From positions 21,580-85,579 of the forward strand of contig JBJFHX010000161.1 of NCBI GenBank assembly GCA_051893995.1: a stretch of DNA of 64,000 nucleotides. Direction: 5' to 3'. Position numbers and translations under genes: made by a program. Source of the DNA: Ruminococcus sp. Lineage in GTDB: Bacteria > Bacillota > Clostridia > Oscillospirales > Acutalibacteraceae. How positions within the stretch are numbered: position 1 is the first letter of the stretch; each line of letters opens with the position of its first letter. Shown one piece after another: positions 1 to 10,800 of the stretch. The notes under the pieces were generated by a model, which worked only from the letters and a program-made list of their open reading frames with translations, was not told the DNA's origin and did no database searches.

Positions 1-3000
1 AATAACCCTTGATTCCTGAAAGTGCTGTTGTGTTCACTCTGTTTGAATAAATAATATTATCAGTATTATCTTTATCTACAGCATTTACAACATATTCATA
101 ATCAGTTCCGTAATCCTCAGCAGTAATATCAATATATCCGCTGTATGCATCATCACCAAGCTCTGTTGCAACAATGCGGGAGGTTTTAATTTTCGGAGCT
201 GCTGTATCAATAAATCCGCCGTCCTTGTATTCAGGCACTGTCAGAGCTTCAATTATTTCACCGTCACGCAAAACCTGATAGTAATAATCACCCTTGTCGC
301 TGACAAGCTTGATATACTGCATAATCTCAGTCATATCAGTAACAACATTTGTAAAATAGTATCTGCCGCCCGTTACATTTGCAATATTCTGAAGTGTTGA
401 GCTGTCTGCGTTGACTACGTTAATTGTGTAAATTGCAATTCCCATTTCAACAGCCTTGTTTACAACAGCGTTGCAATTATCCACATCACCGTCACAAATC
501 AGAACAATAACTTTGTTGTAATTCTCAGCCTCATTATTATTGTTCTCAAATAAGTCAACAGATTTGGTTAGTCCCTGATTTACCGAAGTTCCTCCGTTTG
601 CTCTGAGTGAAGAAACGCACTTATTCAGCTGTTCCTTGTCGGAAGTAAAATCAGAAAGCACATAGCCGCTTGAAGCAAACTTAACGAGGCTCAGCCTGTC
701 GTTGCCGCTGAGTTGATTTACAAATGAACTTATAGCCTCTTTTGCGCTTTTTATTCTTTGACCGCTCATACTTCCCGATACGTCAACGACAACCGAATAG
801 TCAGTTGCGATTTTGCTTCTGTCACTGTTCTCATTGAGATCGTTCCATGTAAGAGCCGCTGAGTAATCCGCACCGCTTTTTACATCGGCAGAAAGAGTAA
901 GCGAAGGCGTTTCATTATTGATAACGTTGAACTGACATTTGCTCTCGGATACCGCCGTATCACTCACATACCATGTGACATCAGCCATATATCTTCCTGC
1001 GTCAAAGTTCTCTAAACTGCACGTATAATTTTCCGACCATACTACAGATGAAGAAAGCTGGGTATTCACATCATCAGCAACAGTTGAAATAAGATTTCCG
1101 TCAAGGTCGTATATTTCCACTACTGCTCTTGCGTTGATTGAAACGCCTGTTGTATAGGCTTTTGCCGTAAGTACAGCCGTATCATCACTGCAGTAATAAT
1201 ATTTATCCGATGTCAGAGTGCTTTCAATATCTGCCTGCGACAAAATCTCGTGGCTGTCGCAGATTTCTTTAATATATTCCGCACTTATGTTGTTTGCATT
1301 ATCCACTGCAAAAATATGAAGATAGTATGTCTGACCTTTGTTCAGCTCATCAAGACTGTAAACAGCCTTACCGTTTTCTGCGCTGATTACATTGGCAACC
1401 GTAACGCCGTCATCTTCATACTTAATTTCATCAACTGCTGTGTCCTGCGAATCTGTTGCCAGGACTACAAATCCTTTAAGGTCTGCAAATGCTTCTGAAA
1501 CTATAGTGTTTGAAAAAACATTTTTTGATTTGTCTGATTTTGGAATAGCTTCCGTTTTGTAATAATACTTTGTACCGTTATCTTTGGCAGAAAGGTCCAG
1601 ACTTACGCCGTAGCTGTCTTTGCTGTAGGAAGTAAGCTGAACTGACGCTTCGGGAGCATCGGGCGCCGTTGTGTCATAGAACGAATTGTCCCTTGCAGTT
1701 GTTTTTGATGTAAGCTGTTTGAGATAAAAGAGTGTATTTGCAAACACCTTACATTCATCATCAGTAGCCTGACCGCTGCTGTGACCTGTCTGGATAAATC
1801 CTACCTGATTGTTGGTAATAAGATAGGCGTCATTCACAGCACCCGTGGAAGGATCAACGGTTAAATTTACTCCGTTGAGTTTCATCCAGACTTTACCGTC
1901 CAAAGTACCTCCTGCCATCTGTCCCGAATTATGCGTTGAAGGAATAGAAAGATTGCCTGAAATTGACCATGGGAAACTTGTTAGGAATCCTTGATTAACA
2001 ACAGCTACACTTGTAGTTGCATTATTCTGATTTGGACTTGCAATTATACCGATTTGATTAGCAAAATGAGCAAAGCCGGGACGAATCCAACATACTGTAT
2101 CATGTCCGAAAAGCACACCTCTGCCCGAATTAATAAAACTTTGTGTCGCCTGCTTTGCTTTTTCGTTAAGGTCTTTATTATTATTGCAATCGTAAGTACC
2201 AAACAGAATTACGTCGTACTTATACATACCGTTGCTGTCTTTCAGGTACTCTTCGGGATTGCTATTGTAATTATCAAAATACACGGTATCTATATCAAAC
2301 AAGCCCTTGCCTGCTGTTTCTCCGGTTTCCTTATCGACAACTCTGTTCATCCAGTCTTTAAGGTATCTTTCGGCATTAGGATGCGGATAAACATTGAGCA
2401 CACTGACTTTTTCACTGCCGTTCCAGCTTGAACGTGTTTCCCACGTTTTGCCCTCATCGCTGCTTCTGAGCACACGGTAGCCGTACTGCTCATATGAACT
2501 GCTGATGTCGTTCCAGAGAAGGTCTATGCTGTAATCCTCGCCGGTGTTGGTATCTGCCGTTAATGTAAGAGCTATTTCAGGGCGAGTCTTTGTATTAAGC
2601 TCGGCTGTTCTCTCGCCGATAAAATTGCCCTGCGAATCATACATTTCAGCCTTGAAGATATACTTCTTTTCTTCCGATATATCCAGATCACTTATTTTAA
2701 TAAGCTCAAAGCTTAAAGAAGTATTTTCTTTACTTACGCTGATACTCTGTTCATTTGATTTAAGAATTTCTTCCCCGTCAAGAACATAACCCTTTACGGT
2801 TATGTCCGTATCCTGAGAAAAGCTGTAAATCACTTCACAAAAAGCTGTTTCTTCTTTCTTTACATTACCTGTGTATAAGAAATAGTTGTCAAGAGTAACG
2901 CTGAACTGTGTAATCACATTGTTTTTTTCAGGTTCTTCAGGATTTTCAGGATCTTCAGGATCTTCAGGATCTTCAACCGGTTTTTTGTATACTTCATAGA

Positions 3001-4567
3001 CGTCCGTAGCCGTATAGAGAAGCTTTTCGCCGTCATAAATTTCAGCAACAAATTTATATACTGACTGTGAGTCGGTATTAATGTCAAGCTCTGCAAAAGT
3101 ATTTCCGGCATTTACAGATTCAGGAGTAAGAATCACCTGATGCTCACTGTCATTCAGAAGTTTATCATCACAATAAATATATGTTCTGACGTTCAGAGCA
3201 TAGCTGACATTTGTTGAATACAAAAGAAAATAATCTGCTGTAACCGTCTTGCGCTCACCCGTATAGCCGTAATGGTCGCTCAGCTTAATACCGGCATCCG
3301 TTACTTCTGTCTTTGGCACAATAGGCTTTTCCTGTACGTAAATGAAATTTGTATATGATGCAACAACATCGTCTCCGCTTTTTAGCTCGGAAACGATTTT
3401 CAGCACCTTTTCACTGCTCTCATTTACTGTGTACTCAAATGCATCTCCTGTTGCCACTTCGGATTCTTTCGATAAATCAACTGCTGTTTCCTGAGAATAT
3501 ACTGATTTATCATCATCATAAACGTTTGTAACAAGAGTTAACGCTCTGTCAACAACCGTATTATATTTCACTTCAAATGTTCCGCTGATTTTTTCCTCAT
3601 TTTCAGTGTAAACCGTATTATTGCTCAAATCTATTTTCAATGAGCTTACTGAATACTTTTCGTCAACAACCTTTATTTCACTAAGATACTTTATTGCAAG
3701 ATAAGTAATATATACATTGTCATAAAAGCTGCCGTTACTGTTCTGAGCTTCAACAAGACTCTGAACAATATTATACACATCGGTATAGTCGTCCTTTTCC
3801 TGCTTTAATAAGCTGTAATACAACGAGCTTTCAATTGAATTCTCGCTCATATCAAACAAAGCCGCATCTGTGTTTGAAAGATAAACGTCCGCTGAAGAAA
3901 TCACCTTTGAAAGTTCGCTTGACGTTTTTAAGTTATCGTTCAGATAGCTTATAATATCATAAGCTACACGGGCAGTAAGAGCATTTTCAGCATCATTGTA
4001 CTGATTGCAGCTCCAGCTTCCGTCACTGTTCTGTACAGAAGCAAGAAACAAAATCATATTCTCTGTTTCCTGACTGTAGTCTGAATTATCAAGGCTTTCA
4101 AAAGCCTCAAGTGCAAGCACGGTATCATAAACTTCCGAGGTGTAACTGCTCTCTACTCCGAAACCGCCGTCAGAATTTTGCTTTGACAAAAGCGGTAAAG
4201 CATACTCTTGTTTATTACCTGTTGCGAGAAGCTTGCGTGCCAATACGTCGCTGTTGTTTCCGACAGCGAACTGTTCAAGCCACGCTGTGCCCGATTCTGA
4301 GGTCAAATCCTGTTGCCTTAACGCAGCCATACCGTAGGCTGTATCATTAATCAACTGATTATCTCCCCAACTTCCTTCATCACTCTGAGAATCAGAAATC
4401 CATTTTATGGACTTATTCAGAGTTTCGTTGATTTTTGCGGTGATGTCGTAAGTATCCGTTGTCGCACCAGCATTGATGCTGCCAATTACAAAAATATTGG
4501 ATATTAATGTAACGCTCAGCAAAATTGCAAGCACAGAAAACACTTGTTTTGAAAACCTATGCATCAT
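1..4567 (-). CDS. Large secreted protein, partial (runs off left edge): prenyltransferase/squalene-cyclase QW-type repeats, Ig-like segments, DUF5057-like domain, vWA domain
   Basis: Hand translation from ATG 4567 (GGAGG RBS): signal peptide MMHRFSKQVFSVLAILLSVTLISNIFVIGSINAGA; repeats QNSDGGFG, QNSDGSWS, QNSNGSFY; motif IQTGHSSGQATDDECKVFANTLFYLKQ (~1720-1800); vWA MIDAS VVVDVSGSMSG...GGTSVNQGL...VLICDGD (~350-800). Absent from the ORF track, consistent with no stop codon inside the window; frame spot-checked, not every codon. Confidence 0.85.
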   Translation of the reverse strand, partial: MMHRFSKQVFSVLAILLSVTLISNIFVIGSINAGATTDTYDITAKINETLNKSIKWISDSQSDEGSWGDNQLINDTAYGMAALRQQDLTSESGTAWLEQFAVGNNSDVLARKLLATGNKQEYALPLLSKQNSDGGFGVESSYTSEVYDTVLALEAFESLDNSDYSQETENMILFLASVQNSDGSWSCNQYNDAENALTARVAYDIISYLNDNLKTSSELSKVISSADVYLSNTDAALFDMSENSIESSLYYSLLKQEKDDYTDVYNIVQSLVEAQNSNGSFYDNVYITYLAIKYLSEIKVVDEKYSVSSLKIDLSNNTVYTENEEKISGTFEVKYNTVVDRALTLVTNVYDDDKSVYSQETAVDLSKESEVATGDAFEYTVNESSEKVLKIVSELKSGDDVVASYTNFIYVQEKPIVPKTEVTDAGIKLSDHYGYTGERKTVTADYFLLYSTNVSYALNVRTYIYCDDKLLNDSEHQVILTPESVNAGNTFAELDINTDSQSVYKFVAEIYDGEKLLYTATDVYEVYKKPVEDPEDPEDPENPEEPEKNNVITQFSVTLDNYFLYTGNVKKEETAFCEVIYSFSQDTDITVKGYVLDGEEILKSNEQSISVSKENTSLSFELIKISDLDISEEKKYIFKAEMYDSQGNFIGERTAELNTKTRPEIALTLTADTNTGEDYSIDLLWNDISSSYEQYGYRVLRSSDEGKTWETRSSWNGSEKVSVLNVYPHPNAERYLKDWMNRVVDKETGETAGKGLFDIDTVYFDNYNSNPEEYLKDSNGMYKYDVILFGTYDCNNNKDLNEKAKQATQSFINSGRGVLFGHDTVCWIRPGFAHFANQIGIIASPNQNNATTSVAVVNQGFLTSFPWSISGNLSIPSTHNSGQMAGGTLDGKVWMKLNGVNLTVDPSTGAVNDAYLITNNQVGFIQTGHSSGQATDDECKVFANTLFYLKQLTSKTTARDNSFYDTTAPDAPEASVQLTSYSKDSYGVSLDLSAKDNGTKYYYKTEAIPKSDKSKNVFSNTIVSEAFADLKGFVVLATDSQDTAVDEIKYEDDGVTVANVISAENGKAVYSLDELNKGQTYYLHIFAVDNANNISAEYIKEICDSHEILSQADIESTLTSDKYYYCSDDTAVLTAKAYTTGVSINARAVVEIYDLDGNLISTVADDVNTQLSSSVVWSENYTCSLENFDAGRYMADVTWYVSDTAVSESKCQFNVINNETPSLTLSADVKSGADYSAALTWNDLNENSDRSKIATDYSVVVDVSGSMSGQRIKSAKEAISSFVNQLSGNDRLSLVKFASSGYVLSDFTSDKEQLNKCVSSLRANGGTSVNQGLTKSVDLFENNNNEAENYNKVIVLICDGDVDNCNAVVNKAVEMGIAIYTINVVNADSSTLQNIANVTGGRYYFTNVVTDMTEIMQYIKLVSDKGDYYYQVLRDGEIIEALTVPEYKDGGFIDTAAPKIKTSRIVATELGDDAYSGYIDITAEDYGTDYEYVVNAVDKDNTDNIIYSNRVNTTALSGIKGY
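2927..2975 (-). repeat. 9-bp tandem repeat encoding a (PED)n proline/acidic linker
   Basis: ttcagg(a/t)tc-type units on the + strand; translates as PVEDPEDPEDPENPEEPEK in the large ORF. Confidence 0.8.
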
Positions 4568-5177
4568 TCCATCCTCCATTTTTAAACTAAGTAATCATCC
4601 AAAATAACTACTATATTATAATAACATATTGTCATTATTTGTCAATTGTGATAAAAGTATATAAACGTATAATATCCTTTTTATTTATTGTAAAAAATAT
4701 CCTTTTCCAAATGCAAAACAAAATATTATTTTAGAAAGCCTATGTTAAAACTAATGTTGAAATCTGCTCAAAAATAATCTTATTAAAGTTTTCAGTAGGA
4801 GATTAGAATTAAAAATGACAATCAAATATTATACAAGCAAAAACGAAAGTCAGTATGATATAATAAATTTTATAGCAAAATTTATACTCTGCAATAGAGA
4901 TGAGCAAAACTCAGGGATTGAAAATGAAATATAGAGCTTATGAGATAAAAAGCAAGCATAAGTGCACAGCAAATCAAGCCTTAAACAAAATGTTCAAAAC
5001 TTACCTTGAAATATTGAGTTTTTAGAGCTAAGCAATTCTTTTAGCGTATTTATCGCGGTGCAAAATTTGAGATATAAATCAGTTAATAATATTTTGTATA
5101 CTAAGCAGCAAAGTCTCTTATTGATATATTTATTGACTATTTTGAGTACAATAACTTTTAGAGAAGGAGGTATTTCA

Positions 5178-5357
5178 ATGCTTGATAAAGATAAAGAAAA
5201 ACGCCTTAGTGCTGTTAAAATTGCAAAGTCTATCAACAGCATTGAAGGCGTTCCTGTTCCTGAAGAAACAGAAGAAATTTTTTCAATGTGGATTGAAGGC
5301 AAAATTACTGATGAACAGTTGACTTCTGCTATGCTTTCTATATGTGCAAAAATTTGA
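5178..5357 (+). CDS. VbhA-family antitoxin-like small protein
   Basis: AAGGAGG RBS before ATG 5178; 59 aa with SINSIEG (Fic-inhibitory xxxEG motif) and WIEGKITDEQL, typical of VbhA-like proteins. Confidence 0.7.
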   Translation: MLDKDKEKRLSAVKIAKSINSIEGVPVPEETEEIFSMWIEGKITDEQLTSAMLSICAKI

Positions 5358-5491
5358 TAATTATCTTAAAGATACCACCATTCATTTAATAGATAACATG
5401 AGAATTTTCAATAGCGTCAATAAAGCATCAAAACTACAAAAACGCAATTCGCCACAAACAGAAAAATTCCCGATTGCAGTCCTTGTATTTT

Positions 5492-5668
5492 TCAAAGGAC
5501 TCCTTTCTGCTTTTCAAAGGTGATTTTCTGTTCTTCTGAAAAAGTTACCGTAATCTTTTCTTCATTCCTGTTGAGCAATTTCAGCAGTTCCGTGACATCG
5601 CTGTTAAGTTTTGCACATTTTTCATTCGGAACTATGTTTCCGTAATATAGCTCTTCAAGTATATTCAT
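5492..5668 (-). pseudogene. DUF6809-family small protein, truncated/frameshifted
   Basis: Starts MNILEELYYGNIVPNEK (family-typical N-terminus). A duplicated ctttgaaaa segment gives a stop after 58 aa, while KYKDCNRE continues in another frame. Confidence 0.55.
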
Positions 5669-5738
5669 TATTGCACCGCCTTTCGCAGTACAAACATATA
5701 TAACAAAGCTTTTACAAATTCCGGATAATTATAACATT

Positions 5739-7625
5739 TCACAGCACTAACGGCTCTCCTGTAGTTCCAACATTATTGTAGCCGCCTGCGATATATTTCT
5801 GAATGCAGGTTACATCAAGTATTGAGATTCTGCCGTCATCGTTTACGTCTGCTGCTTTCAGAACGAAATCCGTAATATTTTCTTCCGTTTCTGCCCCTAA
5901 GCTCAGCTTCTGTACGATTGTTGCGTCTTTCACAGTTATTATGCCGTCGCAATCAACGTCGCCATAAAGACCTTTGCTTTCTTCCTTTGAGCTAAGGCTG
6001 TATACAGCTACGGTTCCAGACACCTCACAAGCCGCAATCAGGTAAGCGTTTGTATCTGCGCTTTTATCAGAGGAAACAAAGCAAAGTCCCTCGGGCGAAA
6101 CATCACCGCATATTTCGGAGCTGAAATCTCTTGAATTAATATAATTCACATACTCGGGATTTTCCGCATCAGTTATATCATAAACCATTATACCGCCGAT
6201 TCTTTCCAGTGCAATGAACGCATAAGTTTTTGCACCGACTTTCCCTGTTACAACTGTTTCGGGTTCGGGGCCTTTTTTGCCTGAACGGTCATCTATTGCA
6301 ATATCGTCATTTGAACAGTTAAAATTATCCTTTAAGTATGACGCTGTTAATTTTTCAAAATCATCCGAGCTTGTAAATACTTCCTCTAATCCGTTTTCGG
6401 TCACCTTAAATATTGTAAACGACCTGCCGCCGAAAAGATAATCGTAATTTTCATCAAGTCCGTCATAATCCGAAGTATCAAAGAAAACGACCTTGCCTGT
6501 AAGCCCGCTGTTTTCAGCTGTAATTTTACCTGTCGGAGACGTCTTACCCTTTCCGAAGTTGCGTTCATCCTCGTTAAGATAATCCTTCCAGTCACGGCTG
6601 TCGCCTTCGTTTGCGGTAAGTATGTACTGCTCGCCGTTTATATTTGCAAGTGATATACCGTCGGGCATACGAATTCCTCTTAGCGATTCATAGGTTTTGG
6701 GATTATACTGTTCGTCTTTTTTATCTATGTCTACAGGAGTAACGCTGTAATCCTCAAATCCGACTGAATAAACGTCTTTAAAGCTAAGGCTGTTTAAATC
6801 AAGCACTGCAACAGCGTTAGCCTCCTGAAGTGAAACATATGCAAACTCATCTGACGCTGCAATATACTCAGGCTCGAAATCAACCGAAGGTGCAGTATTC
6901 TTTTTTATAATAATATTTTTATCTGCAAGCGACCGGCGGCTTTCTGCGTCGTCATATTTTGTAAAGTCAACAGTAACCGCATTAAAATCTCCTGTGTTTA
7001 CCACCGTTAGTGTACCCATCGGGTCAACACAATCTTGCGAATAGCCTTCTCTCGGCTCACCTTCGTTTGCGGTAAGGATTTTTGTTCCGTCAGGGGTAAA
7101 CGTAATCATATCAGGCTGAACACCTGTTTCAATTGATTTATAAAATTCAAGTGTTCCGTCTTGGTTGCACAAAAATACAACTGCTCTGCCGTTTGCGCTG
7201 TACGATTCAGCCTGAACGGCAACAGCAACAAGCTTACCGTCGGGCGATACGGCAACCGAGGTCATATCTCCGTAAGCAAAGCTTTCGTCCTCAATCAGAC
7301 TTTTTACGTCAATATCAATCCCGCTTAATTCATCTACAGTTGTGCTGTTGCTTATATTTTCCGTTGAAATCATAGTAAGAACGCCTGTCTGTCCGTTTAC
7401 GGCATATGATTTGCCCGCAGCAGAGTTGTAGGCTACAATTTCCATTACACCACCGTCAGGATTTGTAATTCCCGATGAATATCTTGCAGATTGGCTTATT
7501 TTCAGTGAAGAGTCTTGATTCTCAAAGCCCTGATTCAATTCTTCTGCATTCACGCCCGTTGACGTAAGCACTGAAAAAGCACTAAGCGTTGCCAGCACGG
7601 ACGCAATTATTTTCTTACTTAACAT
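5739..7625 (-). CDS. Choice-of-anchor I (alkaline phosphatase-like beta-propeller) protein with C-terminal dockerin
   Basis: Signal peptide; GVQPDMITFTPDG, ANEGEP, EPEYI, DDRSGKKGPEPE, LERIGG, SPEGL motifs; dockerin GDVDCDGIITVKDAT..ADVNDDGRISILDVT. Confidence 0.85.
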   Translation of the reverse strand: MLSKKIIASVLATLSAFSVLTSTGVNAEELNQGFENQDSSLKISQSARYSSGITNPDGGVMEIVAYNSAAGKSYAVNGQTGVLTMISTENISNSTTVDELSGIDIDVKSLIEDESFAYGDMTSVAVSPDGKLVAVAVQAESYSANGRAVVFLCNQDGTLEFYKSIETGVQPDMITFTPDGTKILTANEGEPREGYSQDCVDPMGTLTVVNTGDFNAVTVDFTKYDDAESRRSLADKNIIIKKNTAPSVDFEPEYIAASDEFAYVSLQEANAVAVLDLNSLSFKDVYSVGFEDYSVTPVDIDKKDEQYNPKTYESLRGIRMPDGISLANINGEQYILTANEGDSRDWKDYLNEDERNFGKGKTSPTGKITAENSGLTGKVVFFDTSDYDGLDENYDYLFGGRSFTIFKVTENGLEEVFTSSDDFEKLTASYLKDNFNCSNDDIAIDDRSGKKGPEPETVVTGKVGAKTYAFIALERIGGIMVYDITDAENPEYVNYINSRDFSSEICGDVSPEGLCFVSSDKSADTNAYLIAACEVSGTVAVYSLSSKEESKGLYGDVDCDGIITVKDATIVQKLSLGAETEENITDFVLKAADVNDDGRISILDVTCIQKYIAGGYNNVGTTGEPLVL

Positions 7626-7831
7626 ATTTTTCCTCCTGAATTTACAACATAAATGATTAAAAAAGCAAATACATTCATAATGCTTTTAATTTAATTTTAA
7701 ATAATTTACTTATTGCTTTCTATCATAACTCTGTAAATTTAAAGTAAACATTGTTTTCAATAAAACTCCATTATTTTACTTATACAAATTACGTTTGTGT
7801 TTTGTCAGATACAGTCAATAAGGCAACATCA

Positions 7832-7869
7832 AAACACAGGAGATTGCACTTTTGCAATCTCCTGTGTTT
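7832..7869 (-). terminator. Rho-independent terminator after the metallophosphoesterase gene
   Basis: Inverted repeat aaacacaggagattgca/tgcaatctcctgtgttt. Confidence 0.7.
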
Positions 7870-7892
7870 ATAAATTCAGCAACTATTATTTT

Positions 7893-10800
7893 TTAACATT
7901 TAACTTCTGCCGCAATCTTCTGAATTTCAGTTGCGTCAAAAATTGAAATTACTCCGTCGCTGTTTACATCTGCTGAATTTTTCTGACTTTCGCTTAATTC
8001 AACCAATTCGACAAGGTATTTTTGTATTTCGGTTGCATCAGCTACATTTACTACACCGTCACGGTTTACGTCACCTTTGATTGCAGGCTGACTCAGATAA
8101 GCAATTTCACTTCTTGAAATTCCTCCGAAGTCATCGCTTGCTTCAACGTACCAGCCGCCGGTTTCTTCGTCTGTACGGTTCCAAACAGCGTTTACGGTTG
8201 AACCGCTTTCAACTCCGTTGATTTCGGAAATTACATCGCTGTGGTAGAGATTTACCGACAGGCTGTCTGATGAGAGTGTTTTCTGCTTTGACTCAATTCC
8301 AAGCTCTGCAAACGGGATTTCAAAGCACTCAAGTGAGTCGTCCATTGCCCCCGAATGATAACTGTTCTCTGAAGGCGAATAGGTTTTTACAGTTATTTTC
8401 TGATTTTCAAGCGAGAAGTGCATAAGTCGCATAAATCCTCTGCCGCCTTCAGCAAGGCTCTGATAATCGAACAACATCTGATAAACACTGCGGTCATTTA
8501 CTCCGTCGCCGTTATCATCAAACTGATCCACTCTTGTTGCGGCGCTGTGGTAGTGTCCCGAAAGCACCATACATACATTCGGATTCTTTGCAACAACCTC
8601 ATCGTATATTCTCTGCGGCTGTTCACCGAAGCCCTTTGTCGTGAGGAGATATTCGTGGAAGTTGAGTATTGCTTTACGCTCGGGGTACTGTGCAAGAACA
8701 TCATTCATCCACTTGATTTCTTCATCATAAATTCCCCATCCCATATATACCATTATGAAATCAATTCCGCCTGAGCTGATTAAGTCGTAGTGACCTTTGT
8801 TATCCTTGTAGCTTCCGCCGTACCAGGGATTTGAAGAATATCTGCTCTCGCCGAAATATGTGCAGTAGTTTGAATAATCTTCGTCCTTATGGCTTACGTC
8901 GTGATTACCGGCAAGCACTCCGTAAGGGAGGTTTGCATCATCAAGCTTTTTATATGCCGCATCAGCGTTTTCCCATTCGTAAAGCTGGTCAAAATCGTCG
9001 ATTATGTCGCCGTTATGGAAAAGATACTGAATATTCATTCTCGGTCTGTTTGCAATAATCCAGTCGTGAATATTAACCTGATGTCTGTAAATATCTGTGA
9101 GATTTTCGTTATAGTACTGTGTATCGGACTCAACTGCAAAGGTAAAGTCGTAGAGGTTTCTGTCAAGGTCCTCTGCATTTTCCGTTTTGATTTCCTTATT
9201 GTCAGTCGGATTTGCAGGTGTTCCTGATTCGTATGAGGTCGGAGTATATCCCTCCCCGTTCTGCACCATCAATCTGAGCTTACCGTTGTTAAGATATTTT
9301 TCTCCGTCAAATTCACTGCTGATTGTTACGTTTCCGTTTTCGTCAGCCTTTACCGAAGTTATTTTATCCCAGCTGCCGTCGGCATTCTGTGCATAAAGGC
9401 TGATTTTTGCATTCTCGTCTGTTGTTCCGTTCCAGCTTACTCCGATAACGTCGTCTGTTTTTGAAACTCCGTTTGTTTCAAGCTCATAAGTAAGAGTAGG
9501 ATAGCCGTTGAGCGTTGTTACTGTTGTTTCGCTGTTATAGCTTTCGGGTTCTTTGCCCGATGCGTCTGAAACGCCTGACTTTACGCTGATTTCTCCGTTT
9601 ACAGTCGAGAAGGTGTCGCCCTTTTTGAATACGACCGTCATAATATCGTTTGTCGGGTCATTGACCGTAGCTGTAAGCGTTGGATTTTCAGTGCCGTTGT
9701 CAGAAAGATTTACAGCCTTTTCGGGATTTTCTTTTGGTGTTGTGAACACAACGGTTTTCTCTGCTTTGTTGCCTACAATATCGGTTGCTGTCAGTACAAG
9801 CGTATGTTCTCCGTCTAAAAGCGTTGTTGACGAAAAGCTGTACGGAAGATTAATCTTCTCTCCGTCGAGCATTGCCGTAAACTCGCTTATTCCCGAGCCG
9901 TTGTCAACTGCCGAGGCTGTAATCTCGTTATTTCCCTTGTACTGATTCGGCTCAATATTTGTTGTAATTTCAGGTCTTGTGTTGTCAACATTTACGTTTA
10001 CCGTTTTTGTTTCAGAACCGTCAGATATGGTAACAGTATGCTGATCGTCGTTTGTTTCGGCTGTGTTCCAGCTATACGAAATGCCTGTATATGCTGAATC
10101 GGGAGCAGTAAACTCCGCATCGAGAATTTCAATTTTGCCTGTGCTGTCGCCCATTTTTATTTCTGTATCGGGACTGCTGTATTTTTCTGTTCTCAACGTA
10201 AGACCGTTTGGAAGAATAAGTCTGATATTCTTTACAACAAAGTCATCGTTGTTTTCCTCGTTATGCTCAAGAGGATTTGCTTTGTTGCCTGCGTGAATTG
10301 AGATTGTAATCGGCTCACCCTTGGTAAAGCAGCTTGTTGAAATCGGATAAGCTATTGTCTGCCAGCTGTCATATGTACCGTCGTCAAAAATTCCGATCAC
10401 ATCGCTGCCGATTGCTACAGCGTTTTTAAAGAAGGTATCTGTCTGTGAAACTTCAAAAACGAACATTGCGTCCTTGCTAAGCGAGGGCTTTGTCATTTCG
10501 GTTACGTCGTTTCCGTCAATCGAAAGCTTAATTTCACTTCCGTTTTCCGAAGAACCGATAACAAGCGTATTGCCTGAAATCTGCTGATTTTCAGCAAGGT
10601 TAAGGGTGAGATTTTCTTCCGACAGATTTGTTGAAAGAAGTGTCTTTTCCTCTGTTGAAACCCTATTCTCACCGTCACTGACCGTAAAATAATAGGTGTA
10701 GCTTTTCTTGCCTGTAAGGTCAACGGAGAGAACATCTTTGCCGAACTCGTCGCCGTTTTCACGCAGGAGATTGTATTTCTCAAAATCCTGCATAGTGTTG

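Noticed and set aside
1250-4350. Short ORFs listed in the track (1250, 1991, 2544, 2914, 3349, 4111)
   Set aside because: Antisense or off-frame shadows of the large minus-strand gene. The same applies to the many short ORFs overlapping other long genes.
4815-4934. 39-codon ORF MTIKYYTSKNE... with AGGAG upstream
   Set aside because: RBS spacing is long (~13 nt) and there is no recognisable motif; cannot be supported.
5018-5030. GTTTTTAGAGCTA resembles the start of a type II-A CRISPR repeat
   Set aside because: Single 13-bp occurrence with an extra T; no spacers, no further repeats, no cas genes.
5058-5177. Upstream extension of the antitoxin ORF (99 aa version)
   Set aside because: The strong AAGGAGG RBS precedes ATG 5178; the extension is AT-rich promoter DNA.
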